Source: Phyllosticta citribraziliensis (lineage: Eukaryota). From it: a stretch of DNA of 64,000 nt. Each line of letters opens with the position of its first letter. Positions within the stretch are counted from its first letter, which is position 1. Below are positions 25,386-38,790 of the stretch, piece after piece. A program made the translations under genes and the position numbers. The stretch is taken from contig NW_027117342.1 of the NCBI RefSeq assembly GCF_038025025.1, positions 806,001-870,000 of the forward strand. Reading direction: 5' to 3'. The notes beneath the pieces are model-generated. The model saw only the letters and a program-made list of their open reading frames with translations. It was not told the DNA's origin and did no database searches.

Positions 25386-26574
25386 ATGTTTCCTTCGATT
25401 CGCTCCATCGCCCTCGCCGGGTTCGCAGCTACCCTGTTGCCGCAAGCACTCGCGCAGACCTCGACAAACTGCAACCCTCTCAACGAGACTTGCGCAGCCG
25501 ATCCTGCTCTAGGCACAAACGCCACTTTCCTTTTCAACGAGACCTCTGCCAATTCCAAGTTGTGGAACACCACGGCCGGCACCATTGACTACAACTCGAC
25601 CGGCGGCCAGTTCACAATCAGCGAAAAGGGCGTTTCGCCAACCCTCATCTCCAACTTCTTCATCTTTTTCGGGCGCGTCGATGTCGTCCTCAAGGCAGCT
25701 TCCGGCCAGGGCATCGTCAGCAGTATAGTTTTGGAGTCGGACGACCTCGACGAGGTTGACTTTGAGTGGATTGGTGGAAACAACACATCATGGCAGTCCA
25801 ACTACTTTGGCAAGGGCAACACCACCAGTTACGACCGTGCCGTATGGCACGACGTTGATGACCCACAAGGCCAATTCCACAACTACTCGGTGGACTGGAC
25901 AAAGGAGAAGATTGACTGGTATGTCGACAACGAGTTGATCCGTACGCTCAAGTACGAGGATGCCAATGGCGGAGACAACTTTCCTCAGACGCCGATGAAC
26001 ATTAGTAAGTCCTAGTACGACATTTGAGGAATATTGTCTGACTGGTTAGGACTTGGTATTTGGGCTGGTGGAGACCCAGACTCAAACAGCTACTGGACTG
26101 TGCAATGGTCAGGTGGCGAGGTCAACTACGACGACTGCCCGTTCACGATGAGTGTACGTGAAGTTTTTGTGCAAGACTACAGCTCGGGCAAGGAGTACAA
26201 GTGGGATGGCAACTCGGGCTCCTACGACAGCATCAAGATTGTCAAGTAAGTGGAATCTTCCAACTTTGCAAGCAATGCTAATTGTCGACAGTGGCACTTC
26301 CGAGGCCTATGAAGAGCTGTACGTTCCTTCAGGCACCAAGGCCAAACTGAACGCGCTCCCGACGTGGGCCAAGGCCGTCATTGGTGTTGGTTCCGTCGCT
26401 CTCGTTGCGGCTCTTGCTGGAGGCTTCATGGTCTTCTTCATGAAGAAGCGCCGCGAGGGTCGTGCCGCGTACCAGCTCCAAGAGCAGCACATGCAAAAGG
26501 AGCAGGAGGAGTTGCTCGAGTACAAGTCCAACTACCAGCAGATCAAAAACAACAGTGTCGACATGCACCGATAA
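25386..26574 (+). CDS. GH16 CRH-family chitin/glucan transglycosylase with signal peptide and C-terminal transmembrane helix
   Basis: Signal peptide, CNPLNETC..DPALG, catalytic-type DEVDFE, FHNYSVDWT, FPQTPM, GIWAGGD. Introns at about 26005-26050 and 26246-26291. Confidence 0.92.
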
Positions 26575-27034
26575 TGGCGTCGAAGTGGGATATTTGGAGA
26601 CAAAGTGTAGACAAGGGAGGGAGCGTTTCTTTCAACTCATTGGGACTTATTTCCTCTTTTACGAAGTTAGCTGTACAGCGAGGAGTAATGTGTGGGTTGG
26701 GATACCCTAGCTTGAATTGATACAAAGTGCGGAGGGTCCATCCACTGCACTAAACCGATCCAGACTAGTGCGTCACGGGTGTGGCGCGTGTGGCTGCCTG
26801 ACATTCACCTCACCTCCTCGTGTTGACGTCGGGTCTATCCACAACGTCGTCAACCACTTACCGCCTGTTTGACGACGTCACCTGCCAAATCATCACAGCA
26901 CGACAGCATCACTGTCGGCGCAACCCACCAGTCGCGCCGCCACCGCCTATGATGATCCATCTCTACACGTGCAGCTTCTGCAATCGCCTCCCCGCAGTCA
27001 GTCTGTGGAGCAGTGGAGATTGAACAGAAACAAC

Positions 27035-30000
27035 ATGGATCAACCAGAACCCGAAAATCCCATTGGGCCGACTGTTTCGGAGGACAGTCACCATAGGCTC
27101 GCTCAGACGGATGGTCTCCAAGACGCGTCGCAGCCAGTAGCAGACCCTGGCTATGCCGCTGCTCATGCGCCCCCAACCGCTACTCCGCCCATCAACGATT
27201 TCCTGGCTCCCGATGACAAACCCGACCAACTTAATGACCGGTGGAGCCAACCTGCCAGTCCGGTGCCCCTTGACGACGAAAATGAAGAACCTGCAGAGCC
27301 CAAGTCGTTTGAGCGCTACAACAGCCCGGCAGCCATGCACCGTAATCGTATCACCGCCTACGAAAGGGTCGATGAGGATGGCATTCACAAGATGCACAAA
27401 TTCACCCTCTATGAAACCAGCCATCGCTTCTACCTCGTTGGAGCTGACGTCACCGACATGCATTTCCGTGTCCTCAAGATTGACCGGACTGCTCCCCCTG
27501 GCCACCTCAACATCTTTGAAGACGACATTGTCTACGATCGCAAAGACATGAATCAACTGCTCAACACCATCGACGACGGCAACAAAGGCTCTGGCGGCCT
27601 CAAGCTCAAATGCGTTTCCTGGGGACTCTTGGGCTTCATCCGGTTCACAGACGCCTACTACATGCTTGTCATCACGAAGAGAATTGCCGTGGCCATGTTA
27701 GGAGGTCATTACATCTACCAAGTCGATGGTACGGACATGATTCCTTTGACGACAGGGTCAGGCTCTCGATTCGCCAAGGACCGCAACCCAGAGGAATCTC
27801 GATTCTTGGGCATACTCAACAACCTCGACTTGACGCGGTCGTTCTACTTTAGCTATGCTTACAACATCACTCGCTCTTTGCAGCAAAACATGATTCGAGA
27901 GAGAGAGGCCATACGCAGAGGCCACAAATTCCCCAAGCACGACTTTCAAGACATGTTTGTCTGGAACCACTACTTGCTCGATCCGGCCCGTGCAGCTCTG
28001 AAGAATACGTACGACTGGTGTACGCCCATCATCCATGGCTTCATTGATCAATCTTCCCTCGACGTCTTTGGCCGTCGTGTCTACATTACCATCATTGCCA
28101 GGAGATCACGTTTTTTTGCCGGTGCCAGGTTCCTCAAGCGCGGTACGAACGACTTGGGATACGTTGCGAATGACGTCGAGACCGAGCAAATTGTTTCTGA
28201 CCTCCTAACCACATCCTTCCATGCACCGGGACCACGGCCATACGCCAACTCAACTTATACGTCCTATGTGCAGCACAGAGGAAGTATTCCGCTTTACTGG
28301 ACCCAAGACAACAGTGGAGTGACGCCAAAGCCAGACATTCTCCTGAATTTGGTGGACCCATTCTACAGTGCTGCAGCTCTCCATTTCAACAATCTCTTTG
28401 AGAGATATGGTGCTCCAATATACGTGCTCAACTTGATCAAAGCCAGGGAGCGCACACCTCGCGAATCAAAACTTTTGCATGAGTACAAGAAGGCTCTCGA
28501 CTATCTCAATCAGTCGCTGCCTGAAGACAAGCAAATCCTCTACAAGGCGTTCGATATGAGCAGAGCTTCCAAGACGAGAGGTATGGACGTCATCGGTAGC
28601 CTTGAGCTCATTGCCGAGGATGTTTTGGAAAAGACGGGATTCTTCCATAATGGAGACGCGGAATTCGACATGCCACAGGTGCAAAACGGCGTGGCACGCA
28701 CGGTATGTTTTATTACGATTGTGGGTTATGTCCACTAACACCATCAGAACTGTATCGACTGCCTCGATCGCACCAACGCCGCTCAGTTTGTGATTGGAAA
28801 GCGGGCTCTTGGCCGCCAGCTGCAAGCTCTGGGGGTCATTGCCGGAAACATTGTCGAATACGACTCTGATGCAGTCAACATTTTCACGTACATGTTTCAC
28901 GACCACGGAGATACGATTGCAATCCAATATGGAGGATCGCACCTTGTCAACACAATGGCGACCTATCGGAAGATCAACCAGTGGCAGAGTCATAGCAGGG
29001 ACATGGTCGAAAGTTTCAAGCGCTACTACCACAATTCGTTCCTCGACTCCCAGCGACAAGAAGCGTACAACCTCTTCCTCGGAAATTACGTCTTTGCACA
29101 AGGCCAACCCATGCTTTGGGACCTTTCGACAGACTACTACCTACATCACACAGATCCCAAGCACTGGCCTATGAAGCCTCGGAATCATTACATTACTTGG
29201 TTCACCCCCAGTTTCCTAGAGTCTCGAATGCTTCCCCCATCAAAACAACTCCCTCAACGGGCGGGAGGAACAGATCAATACGACGACTACTGGCTCGAGT
29301 ACTACCGACCACTCGCCTTGTCTTCGCTTGGCAAAGTTTTTACGTTCAAGCTGAATTCCACTCCTCGATACGTTCCGGACAAGACTGGAAGCAGCCGAGA
29401 TTTCGACCTCAGCCCCTTCCGCCCGCGCAAGCATCCTCACGAGATTGAGCAAGCAGAGAAGAAGGTTTCGCGCAAGGGAGTGACGATCCTCGAGCCGCAT
29501 TCGGAAGAAGACTCGCAGTCAGGTCGATCGATCCGTGGCCCTCCTTCGTCTGTGCCCGACCACCATTCCCATCACGCAAAACATCACAGCATCCTGCGTG
29601 ACCCGCATTTTGAGGTCGACGGCCAGTACAACGGCGCCAACAGCCATGCATCCTCCAACCTCGCCACATCGGGCACGTCAACTTTCAAGTCCGGAGCGAG
29701 CGACGAAGCCGTAAACAAGAGCTCCATGACGCAGTGGACGCTGAACCAATTCGTGCACAACTCGCTCAACCCATCAGTGACAACGGCCGAGGCGTCCGAG
29801 TATGAGCGATACATCTCGCATCCTCTCAACCTGCCGCTCGTCGTCTCGACCGAGCTGCCCGACGACTTTGCCAACATGGATTTCGTCGAGTACGTCAACA
29901 GCGTCAACGGCATAGTCGGCGGCGGCAGCGTCGCGCCCCTCCACCACGCCAACTATTACCAGCAGTTCGACCGCGACACTGCCTCTGCGCACACGCACGC

Positions 30001-30271
30001 CAGTCTGACCAGCGGCGGCTTTGGCATCGGGTTCGGCAGCGGCGCAGGCGGCGGCGACGGCTACAAGACGTGGGAGGTGGCTGAGGAGGAGCTCTCCGTG
30101 TACCGTGATTTCTTGGATGTGCCGGAGAATCCGCTCACCGTGCGAGAAGAGGATGGCGAGAAGAAGCGCTATAAGCGGTATCGACAGTGGTTGAGGGGTA
30201 AGAGCTTGTTCAAGCAGAGTAAGGTGGATCCGGAGTATACGGATCAGCGCGTGGGCATGGTGAGGGGATGA
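27035..30271 (+). CDS. FIG4: Polyphosphoinositide phosphatase Fig4 (SAC domain)
   Basis: FTLYET, IARRSRFFAGARFLKRG, VANDVETEQ, HRGSIPLYW, and CX5R(T) motif NCIDCLDRTN after splicing intron 28703-28748. Confidence 0.95.
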
Positions 30272-30681
30272 GGTGGACTGGCGCCGCATTGCGCTAGGCC
30301 CAACATTCTCAGGAGATGCTCTTTGTTTTGACACCCATCGTTGTGACCAAGTGCGGATGTTCATTTGGAAGTGGAGTGAGTGGTGTGAATCGTTGGGGTT
30401 TCATTTGACTTGGCTTTGGCATTCTAGTGATTTTTGGGTAGGCAGGCAAGAATCCACGTTCGATTGAAGAAAAACTTGAATGAGAACGGGGTGAATCAAG
30501 CGAATTGGATGCCTTCCACTCCATTATTGGAATAAAGATACTAGAGGAGCGATTAGGTTACTATGGGGGCGTTGTAATCCAAAATCAGGCTTCTCGCTTC
30601 CTGTACGCTTCTCAAACAACTTGCCGTCTCTGTTTAAGACGAAGCCTGCAATTTTCCCAAAACGGCAAGTACTTTGAAGAT

Positions 30682-30714
30682 CACGTGAGCGCGTCGCGTC
30701 CACCTTCGACGCGA
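30682..30714. promoter_or_regulatory. Putative E-box and CGCG-core (MCB-like) cluster upstream of MLH1
   Basis: CACGTG at 30682-30687, GCGCGTCGCGT at 30689-30699 and ACGCGA at 30709-30714, about 100-130 bp upstream of the ATG. Confidence 0.35.
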
Positions 30715-30815
30715 CTTCTTGAAGTACACATCCGCCACCACCAACCGTTGCGCATGATTCATTTTCAAGACTGCTGCACATTCTGAAATTCTCAAGTTGA
30801 GCGACTGAGACTGCA

Positions 30816-33120
30816 ATGGCAGACGAAATGGACGTCGATGACATCTACTCAGCGCCACAGGGCACGAAGAGGAAAGCAAGCGAGGACATCGCGCCGCTGC
30901 CAGTCAGTGCACCTCGGCGCATTCAAGCGCTGGCAGAAGATGTGGTCAACAAAATTGCAGCCGGCGAAATCATTTTGACGCCCGGTCACGCGCTGAAGGA
31001 ACTGATTGAAAACGCCGTCGATGCGGGCGCGACCTCGCTGGAAATCTTGGCCAAAGAGGGAGGTCTCAAGCTTCTCCAAATCAGCGACAATGGCCACGGA
31101 ATAGAAGTGAGTGAAATTGCTGTTTCATCTGATGGATTTTTGCTGATTTGTGTAGAGAGAAGATCTCCCGATTCTGTGTGAGCGCTTCACGACGTCCAAA
31201 CTGAAGACGTTTGAAGACTTGACGTCGATTGGGACGTATGGTTTTCGCGGCGAGGCTTTGGCCAGCATCAGCCATATCGCGCATCTCAGTGTCACGACCA
31301 AGACCAAGGAGTCGAGTTGTGCCTGGCGCGCACACTATGCGGATGGCAAATTGGTGCCACAAAAGCCCGGCCAGAGTGCGGATCCAAAGCCTACTGCTGG
31401 CCGACAGGGGACTCAGATTACAGTAAGTTGAGACATGCGTAGGACGTTCTCAAGCTAACATGGACAGGTCGAAGACTTGTTTTACAATGTGCCAACACGC
31501 CGGCGTGCTTTTCGGTCTGCCAGCGAAGAGTACGCAAGAATACTCGACCTTGTGGGAAGATATGCCGTGCACTGCAGCGGCGTCTCATTCACATGCAAGA
31601 AACATGGAGAATCATCCATGGGTATCTCTGTACCTGCCGCCGCCAACATTGTTGACCGCATCCGCCAAGTGCATGGGAGCGCCGTCGCCAACGAGCTTCT
31701 GCACATCAAAGCCAGCAGCGACAGATGGGGCTTCAAGGCCGAAGCCTGGGTCAGCAATGCAAACTACAGCGTCAAGAAGACTTCTCTCCTCCTCTTCATC
31801 AACCACAGGTCTGTCGAATCGTCTGCTATCAAAAAGGCTGTGGAACAGACGTACAGCTCGTTTCTCCCCAAAGGCGGACATCCCTTCATTTACATCAGCC
31901 TGGAGATCGACCCGCACCGAGTAGACGTGAACGTGCATCCGACGAAAAAGGAGGTCAATTTTCTCAATGAAGATGAAATCATCGAGATGTTATGCGATGA
32001 GATCCGATCGAGTCTTGGAAGCGTGGACACCAGCCGCACTTTCATGACGCAAACACTGCTTCCCGGCGCCAAAGTACCAACTGCTCCAGTGACAGTGACT
32101 CCCATCAAGGCCACTGGCAACGCATCATCGTCTCGAAATTCAGAGGAGCCCTCAGTTTCGAGACGAACGCCCCAGACAAGCCAGAAACCATACGAAAACA
32201 ACCTCGTCCGCACCGACTCACGCATCCGCAAAATCACCGCCATGCTCCCACCAGGACAGCACTCCGAAGTCGAATCCACTGCCGGAGCCGCCCGCGACGA
32301 ACTCGAATACGAAATTTCCGACAAAGAGCACACCCTCTGCAAACTCACCAGTGTCAGAGAGCTGCGCGCCGAAGTGCGGGACGCGATGCACAATGATCTC
32401 ACAGACGTCTTCGGTAGCCACACATTCGTCGGCATCGTCGACGAGCGGCGCCGCATCGCGGCGATCCAGGGCGGCGTCAAGCTGTTCCTCGTCGACTACG
32501 GTATGTTGAGCAACGAGTTCTTCTACCAAGTCGGCCTGACAGACTTTGGCAACCTTGGCCGCATACAACTGGACCCGCCGCTCAGTCTGCAAGACTTGTT
32601 GACTGTGGCTGCCGAGCACGAGCAAAGCAACGCAGCAGATGTTGATGACGAGGACGAGATTGACTGGGAAGAAGCAGTGAACGCGGTGCACGAGCAGCTC
32701 ATCGCGCGTCGCGACATGCTGGGCGAGTACTTCTCTCTCGACATCTCGCCCGCCGGCGACGTCTGCAGTGTCCCGCTACTCCTCAAGGGCTACGTGCCCT
32801 GCATGGCAAAGCTACCACAATTTCTCCTGCGTCTGGGCCCGCACATCAATTGGGTCGACGAAAAGGACTGTTTTTGCTCGTTCTTGCGCGAGCTGGCCTC
32901 CTTTTACGTCCCCGAGTCTCTGCCGCCGCCGCCTGCTGCCGGTGTGGCTGGCGAGGAAGACGCAGAAGTGGCTGCGCGGCGCAGGCATTTGGAGCGCGTG
33001 GTCGAGAGCGTGCTTTTTCCGGCGTTTAGGAGCCGGCTTGTTGCCACGAGGGGACTGCTCAAGGGTGTGGTCGAGGTTGCTAATCTCAAGGGACTGTATC
33101 GTGTTTTCGAGAGGTGCTGA
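30816..33120 (+). CDS. MLH1: DNA mismatch repair protein Mlh1 (3 exons)
   Basis: [51 protein letters not shown] and the diagnostic C-terminal FERC. Confidence 0.97.
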
Positions 33121-33639
33121 AAGAGGGTTTTTTCCAAGTTGACGAGTGGCTGTTTGCTTCTTGTGGAGTGTTGGCGTTGATTTGTTTACCCGTAGAATTG
33201 TGGATGGCCTGGGTGTTGCTTTGTGTTTTTTAGATGGTCCTGGCTTGCAAAGATATGGATATTAGCAGTGAATCCGAGCTTGACTACATGGCGAATATCA
33301 GTCTGACATACGTGAATCATGGCACATTTCACTGAGGCAGCGCTGACTTGACTCTGTGATTCGTTTCATTCTCCGTTCAGACGTATTGCTATTCTCAATG
33401 TCCACGCGTTCCCGTTAATATTCTCTTGGTATCTTGGGAACTGTCCCCGCCAACGCCGCCCGATGCTAAAATAAACCGAAAGCTTGAACGCCGCTCCTCG
33501 TCTCGGCAAACCCACACTCTGAAATATCCGTCCGTCCAAAACCGTTTCCTCCGACCCTATCATACCATCTCAAGCCAAAAAAGCACAAAACACCTGAAAC
33601 ATCCGCCACAGAAACTGCTCACCAAGCGGGCGGCGTGAA

Positions 33640-34299
33640 CTACACAGAACCATTACGATCCACATCCATGACGTCGCCACGAGGGCCATCCGCTCTCTGC
33701 GCGCCAGCGGTAGCTTGCACAGGCGCTGCCGGGGCCTCGACAGCACCATTGGCAATGATAGCATCCGGCAGGGTCCTCTGGCCATTGGCAGCAGCGCCGG
33801 CAGCGCTATTGGCCTCGGCGGCCGCCGCCTGCGCGGCTTTCTTGCGCTCGCGCTCGGCCTTGGCTTCTTTGTAGGGAATGGTTTTGGGGACGACGTCGGT
33901 GAGGAACTCGAGGTTGTCGAGGCGCGCCACGGCTTGCTCTGCGGGCGGGCGAGTTAGTTGTGATTATGCTTTGCGCTGCCAGCAGCGGAGGGCGAAGGGG
34001 AGTCACGTACGGATGTGATTGTAGCCCAGGGCGCGCTTGGGCTTCTTCTCGGCCTTGGCCATCTTGTGGGCTTGCTCGGTCAGGTAGTAGACGAACTCTT
34101 CGGTCGCGACGGCAATGGCAAAGGCGGCGTTGGCGGAGCATGCGTTGATGTCTTCGTCGGCGTTGATGATCTTCTTGACGCGGGCGACTGGGATGTTGTT
34201 AGAGGGCGTCTTTGCTCGGGATTGGGAGGACGTACGAGGGAGGGAGACGGAGCCAGAGATGGTTGGCGGCCGGGGGATGGGGTTGTTGTTGTAGGGCAT
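33640..34299 (-). CDS. H2A-like histone-fold protein (Dpb3/Dls1/CHRAC-type, CBFD_NFYB_HMF), 3 exons
   Basis: LP|VARVKKIINADEDI...AAFAIAVATEEFVYYL...LGYNHI|QQAVARLDNLEFLTDVVPKT. Confidence 0.85.
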
Positions 34300-34431
34300 A
34301 TTTCGAGTGGTGTGGAGTTGATATCTGGACGGCGGCGAGAGAGGTATTCTCGTCGACAGAGAGGGAGCGTTCTTTGGTGTGCGCAGATTGAATGGCGCGA
34401 GGTAGACAGCGAGGAAGAAGTGGAGAAGAGG

Positions 34432-34437
34432 ACGCGT
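34432..34437. promoter_or_regulatory. MCB element ACGCGT in the divergent promoter of the histone-fold gene and the CLC gene
   Basis: Exact ACGCGT about 135 bp upstream of the histone-fold gene ATG. Confidence 0.3.
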
Positions 34438-34674
34438 CGAAGAAGAAGCGCGGATGGTCGACGTGGGTGCGAATCGTGCGCACATCCCAGCCAGGCAAGA
34501 TCGGCGCGCGGTGAGCTTCCAGGTCGCAAGGCTACGGATACAAGGAATCCAAACCACCACTCTGGACCTCTCTCCCTCAACAAAGCCGCCATACCCACCA
34601 CCGCCTCCGTCGCTACTCCGCATCCGCCCCGTCCGGATGAGGACTTTGCCCTTCTGCGCCTACCACACGATGCG

Positions 34675-37384
34675 ATGACTAGCCGCTCAAGCTCCGTCAC
34701 CGCGTTGCGCGATCCGTCCCTCAGCTCCACACGCGGCTCCTTGACTCGCCGCGTCTCGGCCATATCCTCCGCAGAACAAGGCGAGGACCAAGCCGTCACC
34801 TCCGCCGAGCATGCCATACACGAGGAGATTGCAGAAATCAAGCGCTATGAGGATTTCACCACCATAGACTGGGTCCAAGATGCCGCAAGGGAACAGCTCC
34901 GGCGCAAAGCCCGCCGCCAGAAGAAGGCCGGCTTCTTTGAGCGAGGAGGCGGTCCTGGCTGGCGCCACAAGCTCTCCGATGCCTACGACGCTGGGCAGGC
35001 CTGGATAGTCGTTTTGCTCGTTGGCGTGGCCATTGGGCTCAACGCCGCGTTTCTAAACATTGTCACCGAGTGGCTCTCGGACATCAAGCTGGGATACTGC
35101 ACAACCGCATTCTACCTGAATGAGCAGTTTTGTTGCTGGGGCGCGGAGAATGGTATGATCTCGTCGGTGTGTTGTGCTTTCTTACTGACTCTTCCAGGCT
35201 GTAAGGAGTGGCATCACTGGAGCGGCTTCTGGCCCATAAACTACTTCCTCTACATATGCTTCTCTACGCTCTTTGCCTTTGTCGCCGCCCGACTCGTCAA
35301 GTCCTTTGCTCCTTACGCCGCCGGCTCTGGAATATCAGAAATCAAATGCATCATTGCTGGCTTCGTCATGAAGGGCTTTCTCGGCTTCAAGACCCTTGCG
35401 GTCAAGTCGATCACGCTACCACTAGCCATTGGCTCAGGCTTGTCTGTTGGAAAAGAGGGGCCAAGTGTACATTACGCGGTTTGCACTGGTAATGTGGTCT
35501 CGAGGCTTTTTGACAAGTACAGGCGCAACGCCTCGAAAACTCGAGAGATTCTGAGCGCGAGTGCTGCTGCTGGTGTCGGCGTTGCCTTTGGTAGTCCTAT
35601 TGGCGGCGTACTCTTCTCGCTCGAGGAAATGTCCAACTATTTCCCGCTCAAGACCATGTGGAGGAGTTATTTCTGCGCTCTGGTGGCCACGGCCGTGTTG
35701 GCTGTACGTTGTCCCCAGTCAGTCTCAGAGGTTTGCTAACCAAACAGACCATGAATCCTTTCCGTACCGGTCAATTGGTCATGTTTCAAGTCAAATATGA
35801 CCGCGACTGGCATTTCTTCGAGGGGATCTTTTACGTCATCCTGGGGATTTTCGGAGGCCTCTACGGTGCCTTTGTAATCAAGTGGAATCTCCGTGTCCAG
35901 GCCTTTCGCAAAAAGTATCTCGCACAATACCCGATTTGGGAGGCTACCTGTCTGGCATTGGTTACGGCCATAATCTGTTATCCAAACATGTTTCTCCGGA
36001 TTGACATGACTGAGAGCATGGAGATTCTTTTCCGCGAGTGCGAAGGCGCCCACGATTATGATCAAATCTGCGAGTATGACAAAATCCTCCTCAAGAAAGA
36101 ACGAAACTGATGTCTTCCAGACGCAAGAACCGATGGCCTCTGGTCAGCTCCTTGGCAGCTGCTACAGTAATCCGCGTACTGCTTGTCATTATATCGTATG
36201 GTTGCAAAGTGCCAGCAGGTATCTTCGTGCCATCCATGGCTGTTGGAGCAACGTTTGGTCGGATGGTAGGCATTCTCGTACAAGCACTGTACGATACCTT
36301 TCCCAACTCCAGATTCTTTGCGGCTTGCGACCCCGATTTTCCCTGCATCACTCCCGGGACGTACGCTTTTCTTGGAGCGGCGGCTGCGTTGAGTGGAATC
36401 ATGCACATTACGGTGTCGGTCGTGGTCATCATGTTTGAGCTCACGGGTGCTCTGACGTATATTCTGCCCACAATGGTAAGTTTTCTCTTGGGAAGTAATG
36501 TGCTTCAACTGACGGTCCAGATTGTCGTTGGAGTTACCAAAGCTGTCAGTGAGCGGTTCGGCAAGGGCGGCATCGCTGACCGCGCCATTTGGGCCAACGG
36601 CTTCCCATTCCTCGACAACAAAGAAGAGCACACGTTTGGTGTCCCGGTATCCCAAGTGATGACCCCGGACCCAATAACGCTTCCAGCTGCCGGACTCGAG
36701 CTCCGCGCGGTCGAGAAGATTCTTGCCAACAACTCGTTTTCCGGCTACCCTATCGTTGAAGATACGGTATCCAAGACGCTGCTGGGCTACATTGGCCGCA
36801 CTGAACTGCGATACGCCATTGATCGTACGCGGCGCGAACAGTCTCTTCCGCCGAATGCTAGATGCTACTTCACGCCAGGCGCATCTCTTGCGCCGACGAC
36901 GCCGAGCGCTACGGTTCCAGCCGTGACGTTTGACACGATTGGAGTCACTTCGGCACAAATGACTGTCGACATCAGTCGCTTTGTAGACCCCACCCCGCTA
37001 TCGGTGCACCCGCGACTACCCCTCGAGACGGTCATGGAGCTCTTCAAAAAGATGGGACCACGCGTCATCCTCGTCGAGCATCGCGGACGGCTGACGGGCC
37101 TGATTACGGTCAAGGACTGCCTCAAGTACCAGTTCAAGGTGGAAGCGCAGGAGAATGTCCGCGACGAGAGTCAGATCGAGGAGCGAGGCGAGCGGCTGTG
37201 GAGCGTCATGCGCGGCGTGGGCGAATGGGTCGGACGGACCACGGGGATTGTCAAGAACGGGCCTGTCAGGCTGGACAGCTCTGGCGGCTTCAGCTCTGTT
37301 GCTGGAGCAGATAATCGCGAGGCGAGAGACGCGGATCATAGACGAGATGATGAGTCGGACGTGGTAGAATTGGACGATCGGTAG
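34675..37384 (+). CDS. CLC-family chloride channel/H+ antiporter (Gef1/ClC-3-like) with C-terminal CBS domains, multi-exon
   Basis: YEDFTTIDW, GSGISE, gating GKEGP, FSLEE, GIFVPSM, VVIMFELTG and CBS-type C-terminus. Start codon is tentative. Confidence 0.93.
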
Positions 37385-38140
37385 ATGGACACATAGACTT
37401 TCGACATTTGTCGTTGCTTAGCGAAATGCATAGCCCGTTTTCGTTGTGTCATTCTTGAACTGCTCCGCTGATTTGCCCTTTCCCATCCACCACGGCACAT
37501 GTAAATACATGGTGCGTGAGACACGCAGCTGCGGCGCGCACACTGCGTAGACCTTATGCAAACAATCTCACCGACGTTCGAGGTTATGCGGGCTGACGGA
37601 TGGAGTAATGCGGCAAGTGGAGCCTCTTTCTGAATTTTGATCGTGTCCGTGTGGCGAAGACAGATTTGCTCCGTCGCTAACACCTGCATCTTGTCTGAAC
37701 TGAAAAGGATTTGAACGGGAAGTGCTTGAGATTGGGCTATATGTTTGCAGAGGCATAGACAAAAGCGAGGGACGACGGATGCTAGGTTGGGTGACGTGAG
37801 TGCTTCTGATTGGTCAATTCTCGACTAGCTCCAGCCGTCGTCTTCGAAGACAAGCGCGCCGGCCAGAAGCAACGGACAAAACCAGCATCCGCTGCTCACA
37901 CCATCCACGACATCCCGCCTCCCGTGGCCGTCCTACTAACAAATAGCCGTCTGTGTGCCCGCCGCTCGTCCTCGCCCTCGTCTACGCCCTCGTCTACGCC
38001 CTCGTCCACACTCCACCTGTCTTCCTCTCCTTCGTGCCGCGGCAGTGTCGCGTGACGCACTCGCACAACCACTGCCACCCGTTCGCATCCTGCCATCCCC
38101 ACCGTGTCCTTCTGCTAACCTGACCTTCTCCTGCGCTGAA

Positions 38141-38790
38141 ATGGCCCGCAAAGGTAAGCTCTCCGCGTCCTGCCTTACGACGTACCTACGCTAACACGCA
38201 ATCAACAGCCGCCGTCGAAACCTGCCCATGACCATGAATTGCTCTCAACAAATTTTCGCTGCTGGCTCGGCCGCAGCTCGTAACAACAAGGCTACTCGAC
38301 CACTTACACGACCCGGTCGGGTGACTGGGTCGTCTGCAAAGGATTTATGCCCGCAGAAATATATGGACTGGGGAGAGTCGTACCCGGGCGGAAATGTCGT
38401 GCCTATCTCTCCGCTTCGTGGAAGGTTGTAGGAAAGCCGACGGTCTGCACTAGGCTCCGTTATCATGCCTCCTTCCTCTTACCTTCCTCATATTCCTAAA
38501 CGGAATTGGGATAAGGAAGCTGGGTCACTAGACCCTAATACGCGCAACCCCTGCCAGGCCTGCCTTAATAGCAATGAATATTGCTTTCACCTTGGGTACC
38601 CCTGGACCAACGGAAACCCAGATGCAGGAAGGGTCAAGCACACTGAATTGGTTGCTGAGTCGTACCACATCGCCAAGATTGACGTATCAGCATTCCACCG
38701 GAAAGGATAAAGATCCCAAAGAAACACCATGGACGATAACTGGTTTCTCGATGCTCGGGAATCCTTCAACTTTGGATCGATGTCTATTTA
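38141..38790 (+). pseudogene. Spliced micro-ORF (MARKAAVETCP) followed by an interrupted reading frame; possible decayed gene or spliced non-coding transcript
   Basis: ATG at 38141 and a canonical intron 38154-38208 (GTAAGC...GCTAAC...CAG). The stop overlaps the ATG at 38228. ORFs 38228-38431 and 38465-38710 share a frame. Confidence 0.35.

Noticed and set aside
34015..34674. Apparent 220-aa N-terminal extension of the CLC ORF
   Set aside because: It starts at a non-ATG codon and overlaps the antisense histone-fold gene; the first in-frame ATG is at 34675.
38490..38498. ATATTCCTA matching the snR30/U17 m1 motif
   Set aside because: The partner AAACCAU motif and correctly placed terminal ACA box were not found in the same hairpin.
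38531..38540. ACCCTAA as a telomerase RNA template (also sought in the gaps at 14.6-19.7, 53.5-56.2 and 59.8-62.9 kb)
   Set aside because: Too short for a 1.5-repeat template, and no convincing pseudoknot or CR4/5 seen.
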